A DNA stretch of 64,000 nucleotides from a bacterium (lineage in GTDB: Bacteria; Patescibacteriota; JABMPQ01; JBDRIV01): assembly GCA_043815505.1 (NCBI GenBank), contig JBDRIV010000004.1, positions 186,051-250,050 of the forward strand, written 5' to 3'. The position numbers and the translations under genes are program-made. Below are positions 1-9,171 of this stretch, one piece after another (the first letter of the stretch is position 1; each line of letters begins with the position of its first letter). Under the pieces are notes generated by a model. The model was given only the letters and a program-made list of their open reading frames with translations. It did no database searches and was not told the origin of the DNA.

Positions 1-15
1 GTTTTTATGATTAAA

Positions 16-627
16 CTACTCAAGTTCAAATGTATTAATTATTGTATCAACCTCTTCTGTTCTATCACAGTAATCTCCATAATATATTTCACAATCTGCA
101 TCCCAAACATCATACGCATATACATAACTACTATCCTCTGTTATTTTTGTTGCCATAGTATTTGGTTTAGCAATCTCTTCTTCTATATCCCATTGATCAC
201 TTGTATAAACAAGTATTCTGAAAATGTGATTGCTACCACCCTTTTCAAATCCAAAGCTAATTATCTCTGGATCGGTTCTTGAAGTACTTGTTTGATAATC
301 TTCCCAATCTTCTGGGAACGTCATTGTAAAATTATAATCTAAATTTGAATAGATAATCCCAGAAATTGTATCGGTATCATCATCATCTTCTTCCATAGCT
401 TCCTCTTCTTCAGCTGCAGTGGCTAACACATCAACTGAATCTGAAAGTGTACTTTGTTTGTTGTTTAATTCAGTAATTTTAGCGTCAAGTTCATTGACTG
501 AGGTATCAAGATCACTTGATACATCTGTAATCATCATATAATTCCAATACAACCCTCCAGCTGCAAGCATTAGAACAACTAGTGCTGAAATGACAGCTAC
601 TGTTGTATTTCCTTGTTGATTTTTCAT
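16..627 (-). CDS. hypothetical membrane-anchored protein: N-terminal TM helix, coiled-coil segment and an acidic E/D-rich stretch
   Basis: Long ORF. N-terminal hydrophobic helix 'VAVISALVVLMLAAGGLYW' followed by a polar, acidic region. Confidence 0.5.
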   Translation of the reverse strand: MKNQQGNTTVAVISALVVLMLAAGGLYWNYMMITDVSSDLDTSVNELDAKITELNNKQSTLSDSVDVLATAAEEEEAMEEDDDDTDTISGIIYSNLDYNFTMTFPEDWEDYQTSTSRTDPEIISFGFEKGGSNHIFRILVYTSDQWDIEEEIAKPNTMATKITEDSSYVYAYDVWDADCEIYYGDYCDRTEEVDTIINTFELE

Positions 628-665
628 GATTTTATTTTAATTATTACTTAAATAATTTTAACTTT

Positions 666-1364
666 TTATTGTGCAAATGAAAATCCTTGAAGAAACTGAT
701 TGTAGAAAATCCAATCAGTGTAATCGGCAGCATGTAGAAAACTCATCATAAACAACTGACCATCTTTAGCAAAATAGTAATAGTCAGCACCATAAGCTTG
801 CGGTGAGCGTTCATCGATAAAATGAGCTGCCGTTAATCCAGCGATGGTGGTGTTGTCTTTTTGGGTATCATGCGGTTGACCACTAACCCAAGCAGCAATT
901 TCTACTCCTTCTGGCGGATGATATAAATCTGAATCAGTGTGCGTAACAGATACATTTGGCCAATAATCCTTTTGTCCTTCATTTTCAATTTCAGGTCCAG
1001 TGACTAAAACAGAAGTTGGTAAGTTGTTGGTATTTAAATTATATTCAGATGGATACTTAAACGAATATCCAAATTCATCGTTAGTATAAGTTTCCCAATT
1101 TGTATAATCATATTCTGTCGTTTCCATCTCAGTCACAATCTCTTTTTCGACTATATTTTCTTTTTCTTCTGCAATTGAATCTACTCGTTTTTGCAAAGTT
1201 GTAACCTGACTATTGATGGTGTTATATCTATCCACAACTTCGCTTTCGATGTCAGAAATAGAAAGTTTGCTCCAAGCATAAAAAGCTGCTCCACAAACTA
1301 GCACTGTAATTACAACAGCAATAAAAACTGCCGACGCTGCACTTTTGTGTTTTTCTTTTGTCAT
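666..1364 (-). CDS. hypothetical signal-anchored extracytoplasmic protein
   Basis: ORF with an N-terminal TM 'AVFIAVVITVLVCGAAFYAW'. The stop lies 2 nt before the next gene. Confidence 0.5.
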   Translation of the reverse strand: MTKEKHKSAASAVFIAVVITVLVCGAAFYAWSKLSISDIESEVVDRYNTINSQVTTLQKRVDSIAEEKENIVEKEIVTEMETTEYDYTNWETYTNDEFGYSFKYPSEYNLNTNNLPTSVLVTGPEIENEGQKDYWPNVSVTHTDSDLYHPPEGVEIAAWVSGQPHDTQKDNTTIAGLTAAHFIDERSPQAYGADYYYFAKDGQLFMMSFLHAADYTDWIFYNQFLQGFSFAQ

Positions 1365-1366
1365 TG

Positions 1367-1927
1367 TTATTCCTTAAATTTTTTAATTCCAATCCAAATT
1401 AACAAAGCTAAGGTTAGTCCTAAAATTGTAAAGCGTAAATAATCATCCATAGCTGACCAATAGCGCATGGTTCCAATTACAAGCGAAAGCAATCCACCAA
1501 AAGAGAAACCAATGGAAACCGGTCCAGTTTTTATCATGAAGAAGCCGATTAGAATTGCAATCATTCCGGCAATGACATGAATTACAAAAGCATTGCGATT
1601 ATACAAATCACGCTCTGTATCATAATCAACTGAACAGGTATAAGTTTCATCACAATATCCATCAGCGCCAATATCTTCTTTTTCGCGCGCTGAATCAAAA
1701 TTTGACCACAGACCACCCTCTTCTTCACATGACTCTTCGTTAGTTAAATTCTTAGCTGATAATTCTCGTGGACAATAATCTTCAAAATTAGGACTATCAT
1801 AAAATGTGGATACGCCATAACCAATAAATAGATTTAAAATAACAATCAATCCCAAAACGAGAATTATTTTTTTAAAACCCTTGTTAACATCTATGGGTTT
1901 TCTTGGTTTTAAATCATCTGTTTCCAT
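1367..1927 (-). CDS. hypothetical integral membrane protein (two or more TM helices)
   Basis: ORF with hydrophobic segments at both ends. Adjacent to and co-oriented with the previous gene. Confidence 0.5.
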   Translation of the reverse strand: METDDLKPRKPIDVNKGFKKIILVLGLIVILNLFIGYGVSTFYDSPNFEDYCPRELSAKNLTNEESCEEEGGLWSNFDSAREKEDIGADGYCDETYTCSVDYDTERDLYNRNAFVIHVIAGMIAILIGFFMIKTGPVSIGFSFGGLLSLVIGTMRYWSAMDDYLRFTILGLTLALLIWIGIKKFKE

Positions 1928-2369
1928 ATTTTTAAATTACTTTTAAAATCTTGACTTTTATGTTATTTTAAGTATACTATAATGTTCTTTGAAAAGAAAG
2001 ATATTACCCTTCTTTAGCTGATAAGTTGTCCTGAGTTGTTAGCTACAGGAGGGTAATAATTGCGAGGAAAAACATTTGATGGTACTGACTCATGTCGGTA
2101 CACGCAACCCTTCTCTAATCATTAATGTATAACTATGTTATACGCATTACGAGGAGGCTTGCTACTTGCGGTGACCATCATCGTATTCAAGTTTTTCCTC
2201 CCAGAGGTTGGTGTTCGATTGGTCGAATTGATCACCCGCGTGATCGATCTCGTGCTTTCCGCACTTGATCACATTCCCACCAACTTCTAGCTTAAAGAGG
2301 CTATCATATTCATTTTATCTTAATAGATAATCTAAGAATCACTGTTGCCTCTTTTTTCGTCTTTTTCTA

Positions 2370-2395
2370 GTGTACCCTTTACGTAAAGGGTACAC
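2370..2395. promoter_or_regulatory. perfect 26-bp palindrome gtgtaccctttac|gtaaagggtacac, a possible operator or bidirectional terminator
   Basis: The first 13 nt are the exact reverse complement of the last 13 nt. It lies ~70 nt downstream of the 2468..2977 stop and is flanked by T-runs. Confidence 0.4.
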
Positions 2396-2467
2396 TAATT
2401 TATATGTTTTTAAATATAAAAAACGGCGACAGACTTCGGATGAAGTTATCGCCGCACGTTGGCTTGT

Positions 2468-2977
2468 TTAAGTAATTTCAACTGCCAGTTTGTTTTGCGA
2501 TTCCAACTCGTGCAGGAAACGCTGTTTCAGACTGATGCCGCGGAACGAAGCTAGGAGAATCAGCCCAGCGGTAATGGCTAAGGATTCCGGCACCTGAACC
2601 ATCTCTGGACGCACCACCTGTAAAACATAGCAGATGATAGTCGTTAAAACCCAGCCCCATACGTAGATAGGACCGATGACCCGAGGTCTAATATCTCCTT
2701 TTGGCCGGTGCACCTTCTCTTTAGATTCGACGTACGAGCCAACGAGAAACAGGCAGAAGCAGATCATCTCCCATGGCACTTTGAAAATATCAGGAAGAGC
2801 GAACCACCAACCGCTGAACAACTGGAGCATGAAGCACCAATAGAGAGTAATCAACGGGATGTCGACGCAGAGCACGCGCCGGCGGTATATGGCCTCCTTG
2901 AATCCCGGATACAGACGATCTAGTATCCAACGAATAATGGCGACGACGATGGATTTTAACATGGCTTTATCCTCCAA
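2468..2977 (-). CDS. hypothetical multi-pass membrane protein on a GC-rich (~50%) segment
   Basis: ORF with 4-5 hydrophobic helices. Its GC content is markedly higher than the flanks (~33%). Confidence 0.5.
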   Translation of the reverse strand: MEDKAMLKSIVVAIIRWILDRLYPGFKEAIYRRRVLCVDIPLITLYWCFMLQLFSGWWFALPDIFKVPWEMICFCLFLVGSYVESKEKVHRPKGDIRPRVIGPIYVWGWVLTTIICYVLQVVRPEMVQVPESLAITAGLILLASFRGISLKQRFLHELESQNKLAVEIT

Positions 2978-3161
2978 TATTTCTCGAACGATTTCGAGTT
3001 TTCGATGACCAACTTATCTTTATGATATAGAACGAGTGCCAAAAATGACATAATAGAATATCATAATATAATTATATTGTCAATGATAGGCCATTTTTAT
3101 GGCTTGTTTAGACAAATAAAAAAACTCCAGCATTAAGCAATAAAGAGTTTTTAATATCTTT

Positions 3162-3968
3162 TTAACGCAAATCTCTTTTTTCTGACAAGAGCAGGCTTCC
3201 TAAAACAAGAACTAAACCTATTCCTCCCAACACAAATAAATTTATCCACTCTAAATTACCGGTGGAAAGAATCATTTGTGCATCACCATAATAATGAATA
3301 AAAGTAAACCATTTCAAATCAGCAGCCTTTTCTATTAGTTTGGAAATAATATCTAGAAAATATGATGCTGTGAGAAAGCCTCCTGCCAAGGCATAAACTC
3401 TACTTTTAGAATTTAACATGACCGATAAAAATGTGGCTAGAGCTAGCATAAAAAAAGAAGTAAAAATCATTGCTAAAAACAGAGCACCGAACCCTTCCCA
3501 TTTTGGAGTTTCATCAACAGCGTAAAATCCTAGAGCCGTACTAAAAAGAATCACAAAATTGATTACCACTTGAAATATAACACTAGAAACAAATTTGCTT
3601 ATTACAACCTTCCATCTTTTAATTGGCAAAGAAAAAGTAAATTCCGAAGTTCCTTTGTCAATTTCCCCTGCCATAATGGAAGCACCGAGTGAAAAAGAAA
3701 TTACTCCCATAATAATTAGCCAAACAATCGAAAAATATTCTACCGCTAAAAATCCTTCTAGAGTTCCAAATGTAGATACATCAATTCCAAAACCTTTAGT
3801 TATGGCTTCCGGATATACACTAATTAATTCATTAAACTTGGCTGATTGATCACGCAATGAGGGAAAAAAACTAACCATCATTAGAGAATATAAAACAAAA
3901 GTCAGGCCGTACCAAAACAAACTGCGCTTGAAATCAAAAAAGAATTTCTTAATTATAGTCCAACTCAT
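3162..3968 (-). CDS. ABC-2 type transporter permease
   Basis: Six predicted TM helices. There is a 4-nt start/stop overlap (ATGA) with the upstream ATPase gene. Confidence 0.8.
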   Translation of the reverse strand: MSWTIIKKFFFDFKRSLFWYGLTFVLYSLMMVSFFPSLRDQSAKFNELISVYPEAITKGFGIDVSTFGTLEGFLAVEYFSIVWLIIMGVISFSLGASIMAGEIDKGTSEFTFSLPIKRWKVVISKFVSSVIFQVVINFVILFSTALGFYAVDETPKWEGFGALFLAMIFTSFFMLALATFLSVMLNSKSRVYALAGGFLTASYFLDIISKLIEKAADLKWFTFIHYYGDAQMILSTGNLEWINLFVLGGIGLVLVLGSLLLSEKRDLR

Positions 3969-4858
3969 TTTTCCGTTTCATAATATTTAAGGAAAATTTC
4001 TTCTAAGTCTGGAAAATAAGCTGTGATATCAATTATTTTATATTGACTGAGCTTGTTTAATAATTCGTCCATACTGGCACTTTTAGCATAGAGATTCAAA
4101 TGTTCACCATTGGCTCCCAAAACTTCAACTCCGGGAATACTAGCAAAATCATCTTTTTTAAATTCTTGGCCAAAAATAATTTCTACTCTTTTTTTCCGGT
4201 GTTTTCGAATTTCCTCAACTGTTTCTACGGTTACTAATTTCCCCTCTTTAATAATTCCAATGCGATCGCAAATTTTTTCCACTTCTGCTAAATTGTGAGA
4301 AGAAAAGAAAATAGTAGTTCCCTCATTTTTTAGCTCACGTAAAATCTTATATAACTCTTGCTGAGAAAGTGGGTCTAAGCCAGAAGTTGGTTCATCTAAA
4401 ACAAGTAGTTTGGGCTTATGAAATAGTGCCATTAAAATTCCAATTTTTTGTTTATTACCTTTAGAAAGTTTTTTATATGGAACTTTCATCTCACAATCAA
4501 GACGCTTGGCTAAATTTTTGGTATATTCTTTATCTACGTCACGAAATAAACTACTAGCAAATTTTATCATTTTGTTGGCCGTCATTCTATCATACAACTG
4601 AACATCACCTGGCATATAACTAACATCCTGATAAATTTCTTCGTAATGATCTCGGGAATTTTTACCAAAAATAAACGCTTCTCCCTTAGTTGGTTTATAG
4701 AAATTGAGAAGTGTTTTTATAGTTGTGGTTTTGCCGGCACCATTTGGTCCCAGGAAACCAAAAATCTCACCCTTTTCAACTTTAAGATTAACATCAGAAA
4801 TTGCCCTCTTTTTACCATAGTCTTTGGTGAGATTTTTTAATTCAATTACGGAACTCAT
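3965..4858 (-). CDS. ABC transporter ATP-binding protein
   Basis: Walker A 'GPNGAGKTT', ABC signature 'LSKGNKQKIGI', Walker B 'LLVLDEPTSGLD'. Confidence 0.9.
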   Translation of the reverse strand: MSSVIELKNLTKDYGKKRAISDVNLKVEKGEIFGFLGPNGAGKTTTIKTLLNFYKPTKGEAFIFGKNSRDHYEEIYQDVSYMPGDVQLYDRMTANKMIKFASSLFRDVDKEYTKNLAKRLDCEMKVPYKKLSKGNKQKIGILMALFHKPKLLVLDEPTSGLDPLSQQELYKILRELKNEGTTIFFSSHNLAEVEKICDRIGIIKEGKLVTVETVEEIRKHRKKRVEIIFGQEFKKDDFASIPGVEVLGANGEHLNLYAKSASMDELLNKLSQYKIIDITAYFPDLEEIFLKYYETEK

Positions 4859-4861
4859 ATT

Positions 4862-5305
4862 TTATTTATTTTGTTTCGTAGTCTTACGTTTTGCAGTTTT
4901 TCGAGCTGTTTTTTTCTTAGCTGGTTTTCGTTTTTTTACAGCCCTGCGCTTTGCGGGCTTCTTTTTCTTATTTCTTTGTTTGGCTTTAAATGCCTTATAT
5001 TGCTTTTCTATATCTTTGCCAACTTTTTTGCCAACAGTTTCCATTTGACGCCCGAATTTTTTACCTTCTTCTGCAACCTTGCGACCAACTTTTTTGGCAC
5101 TTTTACCGGCTTTATTAAATTTATTTTGTACGTCTTCATCTTGAAAACGTTTGGCAAAAGCTTTGGCGGAAGCTTCGGTAGCCTTTCCTAAAGCTTTGGC
5201 TTTTTCTTTCAATTTTGGGTCATCGAAAATTTCTGCAATGGCTGAACCAAATTCAGCAAACATCGCCTTGAAATCATTACCCGTTGTTTTTTTCTTTTTG
5301 GGCAT
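4862..5305 (-). CDS. lysine/alanine-rich basic protein, histone H1/AlgP-like (possible nucleoid-associated protein)
   Basis: 147 aa. The C-terminal tail 'KAKQRNKKKKPAKRRAVKKRKPAKKKTARKTAKRK' is extremely K/R/A-rich. The plus-strand ORFs over it are antisense shadows. Confidence 0.65.
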   Translation of the reverse strand: MPKKKKTTGNDFKAMFAEFGSAIAEIFDDPKLKEKAKALGKATEASAKAFAKRFQDEDVQNKFNKAGKSAKKVGRKVAEEGKKFGRQMETVGKKVGKDIEKQYKAFKAKQRNKKKKPAKRRAVKKRKPAKKKTARKTAKRKTTKQNK

Positions 5306-5402
5306 TTTTGTTTGTTAATTATTTTGTTTTATTATAGCAAATTTGAAGAAAAGAAAAAAGTCCTGTTGTGTAACAGAACTTTGTTCTATTGGAAATGTGC
5401 GT

Positions 5403-5756
5403 TTATCTATACACTCCGAATTTTCTTCCGGTTCTATGAGACATCTCAAGGTTGTTTGTTTCTCTCCTTACTACTTTTGATGTTTCGTTAATCGCCCTTT
5501 TGAGAAGTTCTTTTTTAGCCTGGTCACCTGTGACCAGATTGAAGACTTTCCAGTAGGTGCGTTTTTTAGTAAGCTCGCCACAGTTATCAAGAATCCTTAC
5601 CTTGACGCTGTTGTTCCGAAATTCGATCAGCCGGGACTCATTCTTTCTAGGCAACAAACGACCAAAACTCTCACTGACCACATTGAATACCAGCTCACCA
5701 GAAGTTAGATCTCCAATGAATAGAGAATCTATAGTCATGGGTATTGGTTGTTTCAT
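5403..5756 (-). CDS. hypothetical protein (GC-richer segment)
   Basis: ORF of 117 aa. Local GC is elevated. No recognisable motif. Confidence 0.4.
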   Translation of the reverse strand: MKQPIPMTIDSLFIGDLTSGELVFNVVSESFGRLLPRKNESRLIEFRNNSVKVRILDNCGELTKKRTYWKVFNLVTGDQAKKELLKRAINETSKVVRRETNNLEMSHRTGRKFGVYR

Positions 5757-5870
5757 GATTTCACCTCACTTGACGATTTGCAATAGCCGGGACCTTGCTT
5801 GGCATCATCGGCATGAAATTTATGAATCCTTTTTTGAATTTCTCGCGCTTCAGTTAATCTTTTAGCGTTA

Positions 5871-6152
5871 TTATTTTGATTTCCAAAATGGTTTTAATCC
5901 TAGTTCTGCATGACCTATTTTTGCATCATAATCATGTTGAGCATCTAGAAACAAAGTCAAGGGATTATAACTTCCGCTCCCATCTCCCTCCTTCAGAACT
6001 CCTTCAACAGAGACTAAAATAGGATCTTTGGCATCGTGAGCTATTAATATCATGGTGATTCTTCTGCCAGATCTGGCAATAGCTTCATTAAGTTGCTCTA
6101 GAATAGTTTCAATTTTTTCATCTGACCACTTACCAGCTTTTTTGCTACTCAT
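5871..6152 (-). CDS. hypothetical protein
   Basis: ORF of 93 aa in a GC-richer segment. No recognisable motif. Confidence 0.4.
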   Translation of the reverse strand: MSSKKAGKWSDEKIETILEQLNEAIARSGRRITMILIAHDAKDPILVSVEGVLKEGDGSGSYNPLTLFLDAQHDYDAKIGHAELGLKPFWKSK

Positions 6153-6347
6153 TTTTACCTCCGTGTAAGGAACATTCTTATTTGTGACTAAATACTACCA
6201 TATTGGATTAATAATAGGCAAACTATTGACAAATTATAAAAAAAGTACTATTATTGACACATTATAATTAATCGTTAATTAGTTCATAAAAACGTCAATT
6301 TTCTAAAGTTGGTTTTAATATGAACAGTTAATATATAGGTCAATATA

Positions 6348-6506
6348 ATGGATCAAGACAATTCATTCGGTGATCGAAAAATGTTCCAGGGTAACTGGAA
6401 ATGTTCCGGCTGTGAAGCTGAAATCACCGAACTACCATTCGAACCGGATGGTGAACGTCCTCTATACTGCCGCGATTGTTATCGCAAGCAGAGAGACGAA
6501 CGATAA
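6348..6506 (+). CDS. small C4 zinc-ribbon protein (52 aa; CxxC-x17-CxxC with an 'ELPFEPDGERPLYCRDCY' core)
   Basis: Not in the ORF track (under 60 aa). ATG..TAA read manually. It has two CxxC pairs and elevated GC. The motif resembles zinc ribbons found at the C-termini of some bacterial DEAD-box helicases. Confidence 0.5.
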   Translation: MDQDNSFGDRKMFQGNWKCSGCEAEITELPFEPDGERPLYCRDCYRKQRDER

Positions 6507-6946
6507 AACAACTTTAGAAAGTTAACGTTCGAAAAAACCCAGCTCCATTTTTGCAGAACTCACCCAAAATAAAAGTGACTTCTCCAAAAATGGGGCTGGG
6601 TTTGTTTTTATAATTAAAAACCCCTGCCATTTCAATTGAAATGTTAGGGGTTTATTCTTCAGATGGCCACGTGTAACCGGTTTAGTTGATTTCCGCTGTG
6701 GGCATTTAATCCCACATTTTTTCGACCTTTTCAAACTCTTTCTACATTGCAACCAAAGTTGCATCAACAAGCGCAACCAAAATAATAAAACAGAAAGCGA
6801 CAATACATTTTTTCAATATTATTCCTCCAAAAAAGAACGTTTATAATTTGAAAATATTATAAGGTACCACATAATTCAATATTTTTAAGTGTTTATCAAA
6901 ATAAAAAACACCTAAATATTTTACTTAATATAAGTGTGTTTATTAT

Positions 6947-7651
6947 TTAACTAAAAGAAATAGAATTTAAAAATTCTTCAAAAATAGTTGGACCGTTTGG
7001 ATATTCATCCGGATTATAATTCATACGAATTGAAATGCCACTACTTCCCTTGGTAATAAATATTCCCATAAATTTTCCTTCTTTGGTTGAAGGTTCGGTA
7101 TAAGTTTTTAATTTACCGTTAATCCCATCCACGGTAAAATCTTTTTCTGATTCCACAATTGAATACATTGTAGGATCGGTAACATCAGTTGTAATATGAA
7201 TATTTATAAAAGCGCCTTTGTCTATGTAGGTTTCACTATATGGCCCTTCAGTTTCAACGGAATGGTCAGAATAATCAGTAGTTTTTAAATCGGTACTGGA
7301 AAGCTGGATTCCAGATGAGGTTTGCTTTTCAGTTACGGTAAATCCCTCTGGCAAAGTGGCGGTAAATAATTCTTTGGCATCACTAAAAACATTGTCAGAA
7401 CTTTCTTCTATTTTCGCATTAGTTGTTTCTTCTGTTGCTGAAGAATTTAATTCTGAATCTTCCTCAATTATATCACCCAAATCATTTTCGTCTTCGGGAA
7501 TGGAATAACCTTCATCTATATTTAGTTCTGTAGTTTCATCCATGAATAGTTCTTCTCCTTCTTTTTCTTTATCCACTAAAAAATACCAAAATACTACTAC
7601 CAAAATTATAATGACAATTATTAGAGTAATATAGAAAACGCTTTTTTTCAT
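6947..7651 (-). CDS. hypothetical signal-anchored acidic protein
   Basis: N-terminal TM 'VFYITLIIVIIILVVVFWYFLV' followed by a D/E-rich ectodomain. Confidence 0.5.
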   Translation of the reverse strand: MKKSVFYITLIIVIIILVVVFWYFLVDKEKEGEELFMDETTELNIDEGYSIPEDENDLGDIIEEDSELNSSATEETTNAKIEESSDNVFSDAKELFTATLPEGFTVTEKQTSSGIQLSSTDLKTTDYSDHSVETEGPYSETYIDKGAFINIHITTDVTDPTMYSIVESEKDFTVDGINGKLKTYTEPSTKEGKFMGIFITKGSSGISIRMNYNPDEYPNGPTIFEEFLNSISFS

Positions 7652-7738
7652 TGTTATTTGTTAATGCTTTCTTTATTATAACAAAATTTCACTCTAGCAA
7701 AAAGACCTCGCCAGTTCAGCCAAGGCCTTTTTGTTTTT

Positions 7739-7936
7739 TTATTCAGCAGGTGTCTGTGGTGCTTCTGGCTTATCTTTTTTGTCGGCCAAAGCGATAATGA
7801 AGGCAATGGCGCCAACAATTATCTTCACCCAAGCATGCCATAGTGGTTCTGTGGCCATTTCCAAAGATGGAAATAGTGCTAGGATTCCCATGATGAGAAG
7901 TCCCAAACCAATTATTATGAGAAAAGCTTTGCTCAT
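7739..7936 (-). CDS. small two-TM membrane protein
   Basis: 65 aa with two hydrophobic helices. Confidence 0.4.
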   Translation of the reverse strand: MSKAFLIIIGLGLLIMGILALFPSLEMATEPLWHAWVKIIVGAIAFIIALADKKDKPEAPQTPAE

Positions 7937-7980
7937 AATGGCTACTTTAATAATAAAGGTTTCTACTTTTGAAACTACAA

Positions 7981-8370
7981 ATTATTTTTCAGTATTACCA
8001 GTTTTATTCATTAATTTTTTAATAATTTCTACAAAACTATCGGCATTTATATCTGTTTTATTATAATATTCAACTTTGTTATTAGCATATTTTTCGGTTC
8101 TCACTTCAGCATCAATCATGTAATTAAAATAATCACTTATGCTTTTTTACTCCACTCATCATTACGTAAATATTTTTAATACTGAAACGCCATCCATTAC
8201 TGGCATCAGCATGTCTAGAATAATTAGATCTGGATGTTTTTAACTGCTATATCAAACCCCTCTTACCCGTTTTCAACTTCAATTACTTCAAATCCAGCAC
8301 TTTTCAATTTTTCACTTAAAGCAAAAAGAATTGTTTTTTCATCTTCTATTATTAGAATTGTCTTACTCAT
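7981..8370 (-). pseudogene. degraded response-regulator receiver (REC) domain gene
   Basis: Minus-strand translation gives 'MSKTILIIEDEKTILFALSEKLKSAGFEVIEVENG' then TAA. A -1 frame continues 'PDLIILDMLMPVMDGVSVLKIF', and a third frame gives a 'DYFNYMIDAEV...' tail. The central portion is missing. Confidence 0.55.
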
Positions 8371-8436
8371 TTGATATTTTAATGTTGGTTTTACCCTTTT
8401 TATTATAGCTAAATATTGCTTTTTTTACAAGTTAAA

Positions 8437-9171
8437 TTATTCTCTTTCCTTAAATGATAATGACCCTACCACAGTTAAAACCACAGCAAAAATTGCCAAA
8501 TAGCCAATATTAGCCCAGGCATCAGAATAATTTAATGTTGGTTCAATAGTTGCTTTTAAAACTGAGATGCCCGGTCGAATTGGAAAGAATTGTCCGACGA
8601 TTTCTGCCCAGCGCGGTAGCAGTGAAGTGTCGGCCATCAAACCTGAAAGAAAAGCTGGTAACACAACGAGCAGTGGAATAAAAGGAATGACATGCGCTTC
8701 CTTTCTGGCAAAAGTGGAAATGAATATTCCTAGCAACACTGAAACAACAGCCAAAACAAATAATCCAATACTCATCATCCAGATTACATCCCAACCATAA
8801 TTAAGTTCAAACAACCATAAAACTTCAATTAATACAAAAGCAGCTTGAATGACAGCTAATCCTAAATATCCTAAAACGTAACCAAGAATGATATCAATTT
8901 TATGCACGCCGCTGATTAACATACGACTGAGAGTTCCTTGAATTCTTTCCTGTACAAGTAAAAGCGCGCTTAAAATGAAAGTTAAAAAGTAAACAATATA
9001 GGCCATGAAAGGAACAACAAAAGCTTCGCGGGAAACAGCTTCTGGTAAGGTGTCAAAAAACAGTTTTAAAAAATAGGCAATAATAAGTGGAATGATAATT
9101 GTAAAAACCGCAAAGCGCTTGTCATGTCTAAGTTGTTGTAAAACTCTTCTGGCTATAATTAAAATATTCAT
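8437..9171 (-). CDS. ABC-2 type transporter permease
   Basis: Six TM helices. There is a 4-nt overlap with the upstream ATPase gene. Confidence 0.8.
   Translation of the reverse strand: MNILIIARRVLQQLRHDKRFAVFTIIIPLIIAYFLKLFFDTLPEAVSREAFVVPFMAYIVYFLTFILSALLLVQERIQGTLSRMLISGVHKIDIILGYVLGYLGLAVIQAAFVLIEVLWLFELNYGWDVIWMMSIGLFVLAVVSVLLGIFISTFARKEAHVIPFIPLLVVLPAFLSGLMADTSLLPRWAEIVGQFFPIRPGISVLKATIEPTLNYSDAWANIGYLAIFAVVLTVVGSLSFKERE

Noticed and set aside
2100-2300. tRNA-like or GC-rich RNA gene
   Set aside because: No cloverleaf features and no T-loop GTTCRANYC motif with matching acceptor stem. Only the composition is unusual.
4110-5191. Several 60-110-aa plus-strand ORFs (4110..4298, 4646..4840, 4824..5048, 4871..5191)
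   Set aside because: Antisense shadows of the ABC ATPase and the lysine-rich gene. Poly-Phe/Leu translations arise from an A-rich coding strand.
6522-6803. 93-aa minus-strand ORF
   Set aside because: TTG start, no RBS and an odd composition. It spans two terminator hairpins (cccagctccatttt...aaaatggggctggg and cccct...agggg). It is more likely intergenic.
7731-8066. 111-aa plus-strand ORF
   Set aside because: Antisense to the small membrane-protein gene and to the response-regulator remnant. No start context.
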